Below are positions 13,251 through 30,186 of a stretch of 64,000 bases of DNA, one piece after another. Each line of letters starts with the position of its first letter. The stretch's first letter is position 1. Position numbers and translations under genes: made by a program. Origin of the DNA: the human T2T-CHM13v2.0 reference genome, Homo sapiens. The stretch lies in NCBI RefSeq assembly GCF_009914755.1, contig NC_060947.1. The stretch is one strand, 5' to 3'. The notes below the pieces were generated by a model, which did not search any database, was not told where the DNA came from, and was given only the letters and a program-made list of their open reading frames with translations.

Positions 13251-15289
13251 TATTCACTTATTTGGGATTATAGTCGTATAATAAAAACACTCCCACACTG
13301 ACTTTTTTAAAAAGGAAAATAAATAAGAAAGGAACTCTAACAAGAAAGCATGTGGCAAAACAAAAGGCTATCCTGAAGAATTAATTAGCCAATGTAGTCC
13401 ATGTCTTTATAATGCCAAAGTATCTTTGTTACATGTTATATCTCTCCATAGGTTAGATTAGCTATGCAGCTATGTTTGACAGAAAGTGACAATGAGAGCA
13501 TTTCTTGAAATCATTTTTCTCTTACACGTAGATATATATCTGGGCAAAGGAATTTTGTCTAACATCTGGATCTTTGTCAATCATATCATTATATAGAATG
13601 ATGATATGTTCAATTCATCAATAATTGCTAACAAATTTTGCTACTAGCTCATGCGTAATCAAGCCCTCAGTCCCCCCCGTCTCTCTAAATTAGTTTTAGT
13701 TTTAAGACTACAGAAACTAAGTATATAATGTTAGGTATTTTTCAGACTTATCTCTGCTACTCAGTGAGAAGCCCCTTTCTTCTTAATCTAACATGAAAGT
13801 CTCATATTGAAGATGAATAGCTTTGAAACTTATTTCTTAAAAGACTTGTTGAATAACAGTGTCGTTTAGAGAACCTGACAAAGCAGTGTATGCCATGGAA
13901 CTCAGAGTGCTGAGAATAAAACCTCTGATTTTTTTTTTTTTTTTGGTTGTTCAGGAAACTATGGGCAAGAGTGGTGTCTAGTGTGCTTATAGAAGTGATT
14001 CTTTGGGTAGGACCACCCACCCCAAAAGTATTTGCTTCTTCATCGGATCTATTTTGGGCCACACAAGGTAGAACGCTGCTATGAAGCACTAAATAGATGT
14101 AGTCTGAGTTCTATAAAAGGCTTTGTGATGTAGGAGATTGGAAATACATTAGCATTTGTGAAGAACAATGTTTATGGAGCAATGGAAGATGCTCTTTGTT
14201 CTACTTAATGCTCTTAAATGCACTGTGTTGTGTGCTGTCCCTTGTAAAGAAAGATGATGCCACTCAATCAAACACCATTAGCAGAGTTTGCACGTTAACT
14301 TGTTTTTTCCAGCCACAGTAATGAGCTTGTTTTAAGCCACCTGCCCCCCTTTCCTGTCCAGGCCTCTTGAATCCAATGGCACACACTGTGAAACAGCTGC
14401 TTAGATTTAATGTTGGAGTGAGTAGCCGAGAGTTATCTGGCCTTTCCAGGGATTAAGCCTTGTAATTGTGGCCTCATTATCACTGGACTATAACCCACCG
14501 AGCTCCCTGGCCCCACACCCATAATGTGTTACAGCTCTCTTTAAAATTAGATGACCGTGAATACTCTGAGAAAAGTCATGCCCTAGCTAAAGAACAGAAA
14601 ATTCCGTGTTCTGATTTATAATCTTAGTAATTAAAGACTATACCATCTGGCCCCAGCTACATTCTGTGTACTTAGAGCAGTACTGAGATAACATGATTTT
14701 TACATAATTTTCTTTTTTAAATTTAGGGATGCATTTTTTAGAAGTAAATTACACAAAGGAAAACGCCAGAACTCTGTCTTTGGAAAAGTTATTGCATGTG
14801 ATGGTAACATCATTCCTGAGCCCCAAAGAACACATCTCTCAACAAAACAAGTAACTATATGGTAGTATCAAACTATATATATACAGATATATATAGATAT
14901 ATAATCTGTTTTTATGTCAGGTGCGTTAGTATAGTGAGACAATATCTAGATAGGAGCCTACAAGTAGTAACTTTTTTAATATTCAGCAAAAGATAAAGTC
15001 TATTTCTAAAAACTAACAGCAGTTCATTTTCAGCCACATGATCAATCTTAATTGAGTCGGCAAACAGAACAACAACTTGTGTGTGGTTATACCAAAGGAA
15101 TAAAACATACCATGTCCTGGTACAAACTAAATGGCTTGTGGACAAAGTGAGTAGAAAATTAAAGGCAAGATAAACATTTTGGGGAGGCGGCTTAGCATAA
15201 CAGGTACAAACATGAGCTTTGGGAAGTACCACACTTGCACTTAGCACTGAGGTAAAAATGCTAAAGATCTATAGCAAAACATGAAATGG

Positions 15290-15500
15290 TGATTAAGAGC
15301 ATGGGCTGTGGAGAGAAAGTAATGCATTTTTAAGCTCAGCTGCTGATTGTGCAACCTTAGGCAACCTACTTAACATTTCTTTGTTTCAATGTCCTCATTT
15401 GCAAAGTGAGGAAAATCTAATTTATCTCATAGAGTTGTACAGGGTGGGCATTAAGTGAGATCATTACAGAGAGCTGCAGAGAGTATGGCTCAATAAGTGA
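15290..15500 (+). mobile_element. MIR
   Basis: gattaagagcatgggctgtggag...accttaggcaacctacttaac...cctcatttgcaaagtgagg. Confidence 0.65.
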
Positions 15501-16594
15501 AATAGCCTTTTTATAGCAGCAGCAGCAATAGGAATACATGTAAAAAAAATAACCATTCTATATGGGGTTTAATCCTTGACTATGACCTCATTAGCACCAG
15601 ATTTATATTTGTAAAACCTTAATGGGAATTTTGCCTATCTTTCTGGCTCCCTCATTCTTATTCCTACCAGATTCTTCTTGGACTTCATTGAGCCTTTAGA
15701 CCTCTTGCCCTTTTTGTTTTCTCCCAGTATATGAGCTTCTTCCTAGGCTCACTTCTTCACCCTTCTTTTCCTCTAATCCATTTCCATGCTGAAATCAAAG
15801 TGACTTATCTAAATTATTAGTCCTACCATGTTGCTACTTTTACAACTACTCATGATTATGGCTTGACATTGGCACTTGGTGGGAAACATCAAAACCTGGT
15901 CAAGATTCCTGATAATGAAACTGACCTGCTTTATGAGGAAAAGGGAGAATTGTGAATTGTTTCTTTCTGGACCCTTCAGGCTAGATGCCAGTGTTTCCAT
16001 TTGAGTAGTAAGCGCTTGGCCATGTCAGGGAGAGACTGTTGACAAAGCATCTAATGTGATGCCAAGAACCCAGATGTACTTATCGCATTTTAATTGATGA
16101 TGGGTCCCAATGGTTGAGAAATCTGTTGGTTTAGTATTCTTTAATCATAGTATAGTTAACTGAAAGATCTCTAACTTCAAGTTAGGAGACCTTTGTTACT
16201 TACTTGCTATGTTATCATGGGCCTATCCTTCCTGCTTTCTGGGCTTCAGATTTCTCATTTGTAATGAGGAAGTTAAACTGGATGTTCTCTATTTTCCTTT
16301 GAGTCCTGATAATGCATGATTACTTTGTACTATCTGAGGGATTGAGATTTGGAATAAAAACAATACCTATCATAAAAGCATGTTCTTCCTACAGGAATCT
16401 GGCTTTAATATAACTGGAATGGAGTGATAATAGGGATCAATGTAATTAAATGTTTAGCATAAAAATCAAATTGACAGTGTTGCCCATTTTAGCACACCAG
16501 ACCCAATACACTGGAGAATTAGGAATTTTAACCCCTATCTTTGTTAGTTTGAGTTTTGGCATCTTTACATCCTATAGTGCTGCGTGACACTGAC

Positions 16595-19004
<2,410 letters not shown>

Positions 19005-21100
19005 GACACCAACTTTTAAAAATTAAAGTGAATTAAGGTTTTATTTTGTAAATATATGCATGGAGATATTTTGATATACCCCAGGCCGTTGCAAAGCTCA
19101 TCTTTGGGAATCAGCACAACATGGTTGGCATGAAGATTGTTTCTTTGGGAGTATACACTACTGTGCTTCAGTTATTACAAGGAGAGTGCTTCCCAACTTC
19201 ACCAAGATCCCTTCAATTATTTGTCTTTGTAAACCCTGGGTTATAAATAATTTTGATGATTGAACTGTATTTATTAATAGTTTATTTATTGTACTTTATT
19301 AAGCAAAAAATACATATAACTGCTAATTAAAGCTTTTAATCATCATGTGATATCCAACATAATTACAAGTTGATATAATTCTAGCTAAAAGGAAGTATAT
19401 GTGATATTTGAATTAGCTGTTCTCAGGTAATTGTCAATTTTTTTGTTATGAATTTTGAAACATCAAATATCTTGAAAACTCCCAGATACTTACAGAGCTT
19501 CCTTATGATTCACACACTAGAATTTGAGAATGTAATGAATATGTTAGGAAATAATCAACCAAATAATAATTATCATTACTGCTAATATTTATTGGGAAAT
19601 CACTGTATGCCAGAACTATATACATTTAATCCTCCTTTAATCCTAAATCACAAAGAAACTAAATTACTTACCCAGAGTCTGACAACTAGGAACTAGTAGT
19701 ACTTGAACCAGGGGAGGTTTGAATGAATGGGAGTGAGGACTACTGTTCTCAACCCAGCAGTGAGCAATGAGAGAGCTTTAATAGATGAATCTTGAAGGAA
19801 GTTGAGATCTCTTGAAGGAGAGATTCATATTTATACCCGTTGAATTTTAAATTGTTAGAATATGTAAAAGCATCAGAACTGGGGTGCAGAAATATGTTGG
19901 GAGTGCTAAGACAGAGCTGGGGAAAAGGTGGTAAATTTTAATTTGCAGGTTAGTACCTGAATTTGTGCATTCGAGTTGAAGGTTGTGCAAAGGCTAGAAG
20001 TTGCACAAACCAATAACTTATTGGTCAGAGCAGGGAGTTCCAACCACCTAACAACATGTTTGGTTTGAGGGGATTGGTAAGTGTGGTAGGAGAGGATATT
20101 ACCATTTTATGACAAGAGAACCAGGGTACAGGGTAGGGAAATGCATATATATATATATATATACACACATTACACAATTGCATATATGGAGTAAGCGGGG
20201 AGGGGAGGGGAGGAGAAAGGCTCATTTTTAGTTAGCAGCTGGTGCTCTAGAGTTTCAGGATATTTAAACCTCTGTGGATTAGTAATTTGTCGCAATTTTA
20301 TACCACTGGATGCCATAAATCCCAGGATATTGAGATTCCAGGGTTAGAACTCTAGCAATTTTAATACAATTAAATGCTGAGGGTGCTGGAGGACAAAAAA
20401 AAACAAAACCCACGAATTTGAAAGGTAAAGCTCTGAAAATGTTAAACATGAATCCCCACTTGCACTCCAAGTCAATCACAATTTTAGCCCTCAGGACAGT
20501 GGGAATGGGCTTGGGGGTTAGGGAGACAGAGGTGTTGAATAACAGAAAGGGCACCTGGGCAGGTATTTTGGGCCCCCCTCCCTAGCTTTAACTGGGGCAA
20601 CTCCCAATTTATTTGTTTAATATATTGAGGGTTTCTTCATACAGTTTCATTTGATAAAGGCGTTCCAACTTTCAAAGAAAAGGGTAAAACCACTTCCCTA
20701 GGGGGGGAGAAAGGATGTGGAACCTCTAAAACGTGTTCCAATAGTTTACCTCAGCCTCTGTCCTTTTGGAAATAGGGGCAGATGTTAGCAAGGATGCTTT
20801 GGCTGGGAGGTTTGGATGGGCCAACTAATAGTTCGGTGTACCAGTCATCCCCTACTGTGAAACCAATAACAACAGCGGCAACAACAAATGATGATAATAG
20901 CAGCTACCATATAGACATCAACTCTGATCTGGCACAGGGCTAAATGCTTACATAGATTGTGCCATGCACAATCTCTACATGTAATTCTCTACAGCCCTGT
21001 GAAATAGGAACTATTATCTCATTTTGCAGATACTCTCACTCTTTTGCATCTAAAGGAATTGTGCATGCGGCCTAAATACATGTGAATAAACCAGAGTCAC

Positions 21101-21912
21101 TTTTATTTATTTATTTTTAAATTTTATTTTAGATTTAGGGAGTATATGTGCAGGTATGTTACCTGGGTATATTGCATAATGCTGAGGTTTGGGGTACGAA
21201 TTATCCCATCACCCAGAAGTCAGCATAGTACTCAACAGTTAGTTTTTCAACCCTTACCCTCCTCCCTCCTTCCTCACTCTAGTAGTCCCCAGTGTCTATT
21301 GTTGCCAGCTTTATGTTCATGCGTACCCAATGTTTAGCTCCAGCTTAGAAGTGAGAACATGTTGTATTTGGTTTTCTATTCCTGCATTAGATCCCTTAGA
21401 ATAATGGCCTCCAGCTCCATCTATGTTACTGCAAAGGACATGATCTCATTCTTTTTATGGTTGCATAATATTCCATGGTGTACATGTACCACATTTTTCT
21501 TTATCCAATCCAGCATTCATGGGCCCATAGGTTTTTTCCATGTCTTTGCTATCATGAATAGTGCTGCAATGAACATACAAGTGCATGTGTCTTTTTGATA
21601 AAGTGATTTATTTTCTTTTGGATACATACCCAGTAATAGGATTGCTGGGTCAAATGGTAGTTCCGTTTTAAGTTCTTTGAGAACTCTCCAAACTGCTTTC
21701 CACAGCGGAAGACCTAATTTACATTCCCTCCAGCAGGGTATAAGTGTTCTCTTTTCTTGGCAGCCTTGCCAACATCTGTTGTTTTTTGACTCTTTAATAA
21801 TTGCCATTCTGACTGGTGAGAGATGGTGTCTCTTTGTGGTTTTGATTTGCATTTCTGTGATGATTATTGATGTGGAGCATTTTTTTCATATGTTTGCTAG
21901 CTGTCTGTATGT
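21101..21912 (-). mobile_element. Older L1PA (PA13-16-like) 3' fragment
   Basis: T-rich tail and antisense L1 3'UTR. ORF 21517..21852 is the ORF2 C-terminus (KTELPFDPAI...DTCTCMFIAALF). Confidence 0.92.
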
Positions 21913-22484
21913 CAAAAGGCATTTTTAAATCATATTTTGCAATTAGATTTAAGTAGTTTCTCAGGACTTATTGCGGCTGAAATATACACCAAGTCGAGGT
22001 GATCTATTCCTTTGAACTCAAATAAGTTCAGAAGGACAAATCACACACCGGGCTCTGAAGTCAGGAATGTTTGTTCGCTTATTCCAAGAGCAAAGTGCTT
22101 TATTTAGATTTAAGTAGAAGAAATGTTTTCTTCACAGAAAGGAAAAGTCATATTGGCATTGCATGTTTGCTTTAAAAGATTTTTATTAATTTGTTCATTC
22201 AACAAATATTTATTGGGAACTAACTGTGAGCTCTGAGCCCAGAATCTCACACTTACAGAAGTGAGGAAATGATTTGTCTGATATAAGCCTCAAGCCTAAG
22301 AAATTTCTAGAATTATCAAATCCCGGTTTAGGTGGCACCTATTGATTAAGTGTGATTTTTCAGCCCAGTTCCAATCGATATTTAGAAACACAAGCAGAGT
22401 GAGGAGGGTAGTAGAGTTGTAGATTATAAATCATAGAATTAAAGAACCTTAGAAATAAAGTAGCTCATTTCCTGTACTTTAAAA

Positions 22485-22830
22485 GCAAGAGAGTCAGACA
22501 GACACGGGTTGTTAACTGTGTAACCTTGGGCAGGTAACCTCTCTGAACCTCAGTTCATCATATGTAACATGGGAATAATAGCATCTGCCTTATAAAAATA
22601 TGGTAAGGATTACATAAGATAAATTATCTAAAGTTCTTAGTGCAGTGTCTGACATATACAACATACTCAGTACATGTTTACTGTTATTGTGATACCTGTT
22701 TTCCATGTGAGGGGACTGAAACTCAGTGAAAGGAAGTAACTAGCGCAAAGTCACATAGCTTGATGATGTTAGGACAAATATTAGAACTCAGATCTCTACT
22801 AATAGTCAAATATGCCTTATACTACACACC
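22485..22830. mobile_element. Two MIRs in opposite orientation
   Basis: accttgggcaggtaacctctctgaacctcagtt (sense), then ggactgaaactcagtgaaaggaagtaactagcgcaaagtcaca (antisense). Confidence 0.65.
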
Positions 22831-23286
22831 GAGTTTACTCCCTGAGAGCCAGGTCATATACACTTCCTGGACCTGTGAGAAATATTTGGGCTAATACAAG
22901 GAGAAGGGAAAAGAATGACAAGGAAGTGCCTGACATAAGAAAATAATTCCTGGACTCAGAAAACAAAACAGCAAGGATGAAATAAAGAACAAGAGAAATA
23001 ATTACCAGAAAGTTTACAAAGCAATGTTGGAGTATTATAACATGTAGTCAATCACAGGACTGATCTCTATTCTAACTCCTTTATTCACTAAAAGCGAAAT
23101 TGACTTTTTTTCTTTTTCTTGAAGGTGTTGGTGGGAGGTGGTTTAGAATGCATTTGTGATTCATAGAAGGTTACTGTGAATGCAGCTTACTATACAATTT
23201 CTATTTGCAAAGCAAGGGAACCCCATAAATGAAGTTAGAATGGAAGCAAGAGTACTGCTAAGATATAAAGAATGATACATTATTAA

Positions 23287-23590
23287 TTTTTTTGAGACAT
23301 GGACTGGCTCATTATTAATTTTTTTGAGACACCAGGCTGGAGTGCAGTGGCACAATCACAGCTCACTGCAACCTCGACCTCCTGGGCTCAAGTGATCCTC
23401 CCATCTCAGCCTCCTGAAAAGCAGGGACTACAGGCATGTGCCACCACACCTGGCTAATTTTTAAATTTTTCATAGAGACTGGATCTCACCGTGGTGCCCA
23501 GGCTGGTCTCAAACTTCTGGGCTCAAGCAATCCTCCCGCCTCAGCCTCCCAAAGTTTTGGGGTTACAGGTGTAAGCCACTGCACCAGGCC
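23287..23590 (-). mobile_element. AluJ
   Basis: Antisense Alu with J-type ctcctgggctcaagtgatcctccc in both arms. Confidence 0.92.
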
Positions 23591-24318
23591 CAGAAATGAC
23601 AGATTTTAAAAGAATATTGGGCTGGAGTGACACCTCAAAGTAGAAGTTGTTGAGAAATTTAGTAAAAATAAGAAAACAATGGCTCAATAATAAAGTCATG
23701 TTGCTATTGCTTCATGTAGCTATAGTACAGTACAGCACTGAGAGAGATTGGTCTTTAGATGAAGATAGTCTTAAAAATTGGAAATATATGAAAAGAACCA
23801 CTCGGTTTCTATACTAAAAGGGAAGGTTAATTTATACTTGCCTAAGCAAAAGATGATATATTCTTTCCTAAACTATTCTTCAGTTTAATGAAAGGCCTGC
23901 AATGTTGGTTATTACAAAATTCAAGAAATATTTAGGGGATTCCAGGAGTTTCCTAAAAGAAGCAAGGCCATTTTGCTCAATTTATTACTGCATAGTGCAT
24001 GACACTCAGACTAGTGCCAGAAAATCTGACTGGAGTTCCTAGTCCACCACAAGGGATACATTGTGATTGTTTCAGGTGCATATGCTGTATAAAAAGATTG
24101 TTCCAATACTGTACACTTAAAAATTTGTTAAGAGGGTAGATCGCCTGTGTTTTTTTTTAATCACAATAATAATTTTTTTAAAAGGTTGTTCCTTTTCTTA
24201 CCTCATAATTTTGAGTTTGCTAATTTTCCTCCCCTCAAAATAATTACATTTTATTTCAAGTAAAATATATTGGTAACAGCTTGATTGCTTATTCTTTTGA
24301 TAATTTTCACCTTCACAG

Positions 24319-24367
24319 GGCATCAGGTACTGTTTATACAGCACTAGACATTGCAACAGGACAAGAG
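24319..24367 (+). CDS. PAK3: PAK3 coding exon: (G)ASGTVYTALDIATGQE
   Basis: cttcacag|G ... GAG|gtaagt. 49 nt. Completes the GQGASG loop in frame with the previous exon. Confidence 0.97.
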
Positions 24368-24640
24368 GTAAGTGCTAACGTTCAATCCTGATTTTTATTT
24401 TCTTTTATTCATATTTAACAGTTATCTTCTTCGATGGCAACTTCGCCTAAAAAAAAAATGGGTAGCACTGGGTTGACATAGGTGTTTACTTCCTTGGTGC
24501 CCAAAGCCTCTGAAGTGAGTAGTTTACCCATGATAACCAAAAAATAAAAAAAAAAGTGGGGGGCATGTGTTTGTGGCACAGGGAAAGAGCTTAGTAAATA
24601 AAGAATGTGTATGTTTCACTCTATGTCCCCCAAAATATGA

Positions 24641-24811
<171 letters not shown>

Positions 24812-25340
24812 TAAGTGTTTTGTCTTATTATGTACTTATATTCTTTGTGGGATGTCATTTTTTCTTGGCAAATTACTTTATTTGGGATTCGTTCATTTAA
24901 CATTCTGCAAATATTTCTCAAATGCTACAGTGTAGTAGAGTATTAGATCTATTGCTAAACTTGCACTCACTTAGCTTTGTCCACATATCAGACACTTGAA
25001 GAAACATTTTATGGTCTTGGTTGTAAATTTCATTTTGAGAATCATAGCTCCATTTTGGCAGAAAATAGACCATTGCATATAGGAGGGAGTAGTGGTTTAA
25101 ACATTACATCAAGTGTTTGTCTGGAGCCAGTACAATTTCTGGGAGTCTAAGTGAAGAAGGCTGACTACAATGGCTTTAATGGGTGCTTTGTGATTAACTA
25201 ACAGTGAGGTCTAGGGAATTCAGACTTTAATCTCAAACCTTTTTCCTAAACCTGGTAATTAATGTCTCTTTATCAGTGGTATTAACAGTGTGTTATAAAT
25301 AGGTATTTAAAGGCAGCACTAACTCTTCACTTGTGGTTAA

Positions 25341-25857
<517 letters not shown>

Positions 25858-25861
25858 TGAT

Positions 25862-26125
25862 CAGTGTCTCCTAAAGTGTAACTTAGGAACCACCTGCAAC
25901 AGAGTAACCTAAAGTCATTCTGTGTTTGTAATTTTGCAAAAACAAAAAACAAAAAACAAAAAACAAAAACAAAAAAAAACAAAAAAAACAATGCATTTGC
26001 ACTTATAAAAAATTCAGAATTCTAGGCTGCTTTCCATAAATAATAAGATGAGGACTGTGAATTTTTGTTTTTAACAAGCTTTCCAGATGAATTTTATGGA
26101 CACCACAGTTTGAGCACCACTGGAT
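25862..26125. mobile_element. MER5-like element interrupted by a (CAAAAA)n tract (25937-25991)
   Basis: cagtgtctcctaaagtgt...tttttaacaagctttccagatga...agtttgagcaccactg. Confidence 0.6.
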
Positions 26126-26406
26126 AGAAAATCTTGCTTCACATTGATATGGGTCTTAGGGCAGGGTGGGAACATTGGGTTCATTCCATTTCCTATAATT
26201 CATCTTTCTTGATAAGCAAGGTTTCAGAGAGACCTGATTGTACTGCTAAAGTGCCGTCAGATGGTGTCAGGTGATTTGAATAACCTCATGCTCTCTTTGC
26301 CTGAATTATAGGGCTCTGGTGACCCTTGGCTCCATATTATGATCACTTGGAGTATGTCCCTCAATACCTTCTCAAAGGTAATGGGCATAGCACAACTCAG
26401 AGTTGA

Positions 26407-26619
<213 letters not shown>

Positions 26620-28033
26620 TAGAGCATTTCTAGCTGAGAAGACCACCGAAATTGGCAGTTCTTCATTTCTGATTATTCAGAATGTTTGTATCATCAAAGT
26701 AACAATAGTAGAACTTTTCCACTGAAAACAATTGGAGAGGCCAACTTCAATTTAAATTCTGTCCTAATAGCACTCCCCAGCATCACCCTCCTGAGCCTCT
26801 TGTTTATTTTAGCTGCCTTTTGTGAATCTTTTAGTTCCATTATGCCATTTGTGAGGTGCCGTATCTAAACCCACATGCTGTAGTTTCCGTGAACATGGGA
26901 AACAGTGATATTGGCATAGCACTTCTTTCTAATTTGGGGAAGTTTTTACATGATACTTATTTTATCCTGCATGTGTAATATGAGCCATGTAAAATAAATT
27001 ATATTTTCATCATTTTTAGAAGGCAATTTAAACAAGGTCCTCCCTCAGGCCAGAAAGCAGTTGCTTTCACAGTACAATCTGAACTTCCCTTACAGCCCCC
27101 AAGTGGGCCTGACGGTCTGTCTCTTTTCCAGTAAGTGTCATACCCCTAAGGGGTTTCAAACTAAATTAAAGAGATGTTATTATATTTATTTTGTTGAATA
27201 TTAAAAAACACACACACTTTTTTACTGGAGTCTCATCTTAGGCATTATAATCTATCCCATTTATTGTGGTGAGGTTTTCTATCAACAAAAGTAGGAACTC
27301 TGACTCACTGAAACTTGAAAACCAATGATAGAAAAACAAAACTAAGTGATATCAGCTAATCTCTGCTTTTTTTTTATAAGTTGTTCACTTAAATTTCCTC
27401 CTTCCTTGCTCTCCTCTCATTATCATTTTCCCCACCCCACATATCCACCAAACATATATGTTTTCTATTCATTCAATACATTAAACTTACTACCCTGAGC
27501 CTGTGGTTTCCTTCTTCCAGCATTACACTGCAAAGGCATTTCCAAACAAGTGCCTATAGTTACTTCATAGCCTAGGAGTGGTTCCCAAACCTGGCTACCC
27601 ATTAGAAATAGTTTGGGGCACTTGTTTTAAATGCAGATTCCTGGGTTTCATGCCAGAACTTCTGAATCAAATCATGCCATCTACAATGAAGCTTACCACA
27701 GCTATAGAAGACCAAGCTGAATCCTCCAAATAACTGGGCCAAAGTATATTAATTGGTTAATTTGACTGTATTATTGATTGGTGCTATTTATCACATTATC
27801 ATTCTTAATGTCCTAGTCTGATGTGTCAGCCATCATACTTAGCATGATAATGCTAAGTGGCATCATTGATGTAAATGGTAATGTGACTTTAAAGTGGTGT
27901 TGTTAAAGCATTCAGTAATCGATTTCACTTGACAATATAAAGTTATATCCCTGCCCAAAATTTATCTAGAAATAAAACTTAGTATTAAAAATTATTTGTG
28001 ATATAATTAGAACTTTTTTTTCTGATTTAATAG

Positions 28034-28252
<219 letters not shown>

Positions 28253-28547
28253 TGAAGTAAAGAATTTTTCTAACACTGTGTTCCTGAATATTGTGACCAC
28301 ATTTTTTGGATTTAATATTTCAGAATTTCTAGTGACTTGTGGAATGAATAAATGACAAATACCTAATTAGGAAACTGAAAAATTCTGTAAGTTTGAGAAA
28401 ACAGTGATGAGAGGGAATTAGATTGAAGTCTAGTAAAAATGACATCACGTTAGTCAATTATTTCAGACCTTCTTAAAATCAGGACCAGCTGAGACATCAG
28501 TTAACAAAAAGGTATGAGCTAGGCAGTTGTGGAAACTCAGTGTGTAG

Positions 28548-28946
<399 letters not shown>

Positions 28947-29607
28947 TAGAAGCACCAAGTTATAATTTTCAAATTTACTGTAAGCTTTTTAAAGTTTATC
29001 TTACAATGTCTCAACAGTTTTCCTTGTCTTTTTCTTTCTTTCTTTCTTTTTTTTTTTTTTTTTTGGAGAAAGAATAACTACCCTTTTTTTCTCTTTTTCT
29101 CATTTAATTCTTTTTTCCTTCCAACTTTCATTTTAGGTGCAGGGGGTACATACGCAGGTTTATTATATAGGTAAATTCCATGCTGTTGGGGTTGGTGTAC
29201 AGATTATTTCATCTCCCAGGTAATGAATGTAGTACCCAACAGGTAGTTTTTAGGTCCTCAGACTCCTCCCACCCTCCACTCTCAAGTAGGCCCCAGTGTC
29301 AATTGTCCCCTTCTTTGTGTCTGTGTGTACTCAATGTTTAGCTCCCACTTACGAGTGAACATGCAACATTTGGTTTTCTGTTTCTACATTAATTTGCTTA
29401 GAATAATGGCCTCCAGCTGCATCCATGTTGCTGTAAAGGACATGATTTCATTCTTTTTTATGTCTACATAATATTCTATGGTGTATATGTTCCACATTTT
29501 TGTTATCCAATCCACTGTTGATGGACATCTAAATTAACTCCATGTCTTTGCTACTGTGAATAGTGCTGTGATGAACATACACGTGTGTATGTCTTTATTG
29601 AAGGACA

Positions 29608-29760
29608 ATTTATATTCCTTTGATTATATATCCAGTAATGGTATTGCTGAGTTGAATGATTTATATTCCTTTGGGTATATACCCAGTAATGGGATTGCTG
29701 AGTTAAATGATTTATATTCCTTTGGGTATATACTCAGTAATGGGATTGCTGAATTGAATG
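29608..29760. repeat. 51-bp tandem triplication inside L1
   Basis: Units start at 29608, 29659 and 29710 (atttatattcctttgggtatatacccagtaatgggattgctgagttgaatg, a few mismatches). Confidence 0.95.
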
Positions 29761-29889
29761 ATAACTCTAAGTTCTTTGAGAAATCTCCAAACTGCTTTTT
29801 ACAGTGGCTGAACTAATTTACATTCCCTCCAGCAGTCTATAAGCATTCCCTTTTCTCCTGAACCTCGCCAGCATCTGTTATTTTTTGAC

Positions 29890-30186
29890 TTTTTTTTTTT
29901 GAGACAGAGTCTTGCTCTGTTGCCCAGGCTGGAGTGCAATGGAGTGATCATGATCTTGGCTCACTGCAACCTCTGCCCACTAGGTTCAAGTGATTAGTGC
30001 CTCAGCCTCCCAAGTAGATGGGATTACAGGCATGCACCACCATGCCTGGTTAATTTTTTATATTTTTGGTAAAGAAGGGCTTCACCATGTTGGCCAGGCT
30101 GGCCTCAAACTCCTGGCCTCAAGTGATTGACTTGCCTTGGCCTCCCAAAGTGCTTGGATTACAGGCATGAGCCACCAAACCTAGCC
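29890..30186 (-). mobile_element. AluS nested in L1
   Basis: Antisense Alu. The L1 sequence tttttgactttt is duplicated on both sides. Confidence 0.95.

Noticed and set aside
29556-29816. ORF with a 17-aa repeat; direct repeats resembling a CRISPR array
   Set aside because: Head-to-tail 51-bp duplication with no spacers, inside an antisense L1 in mammalian DNA.
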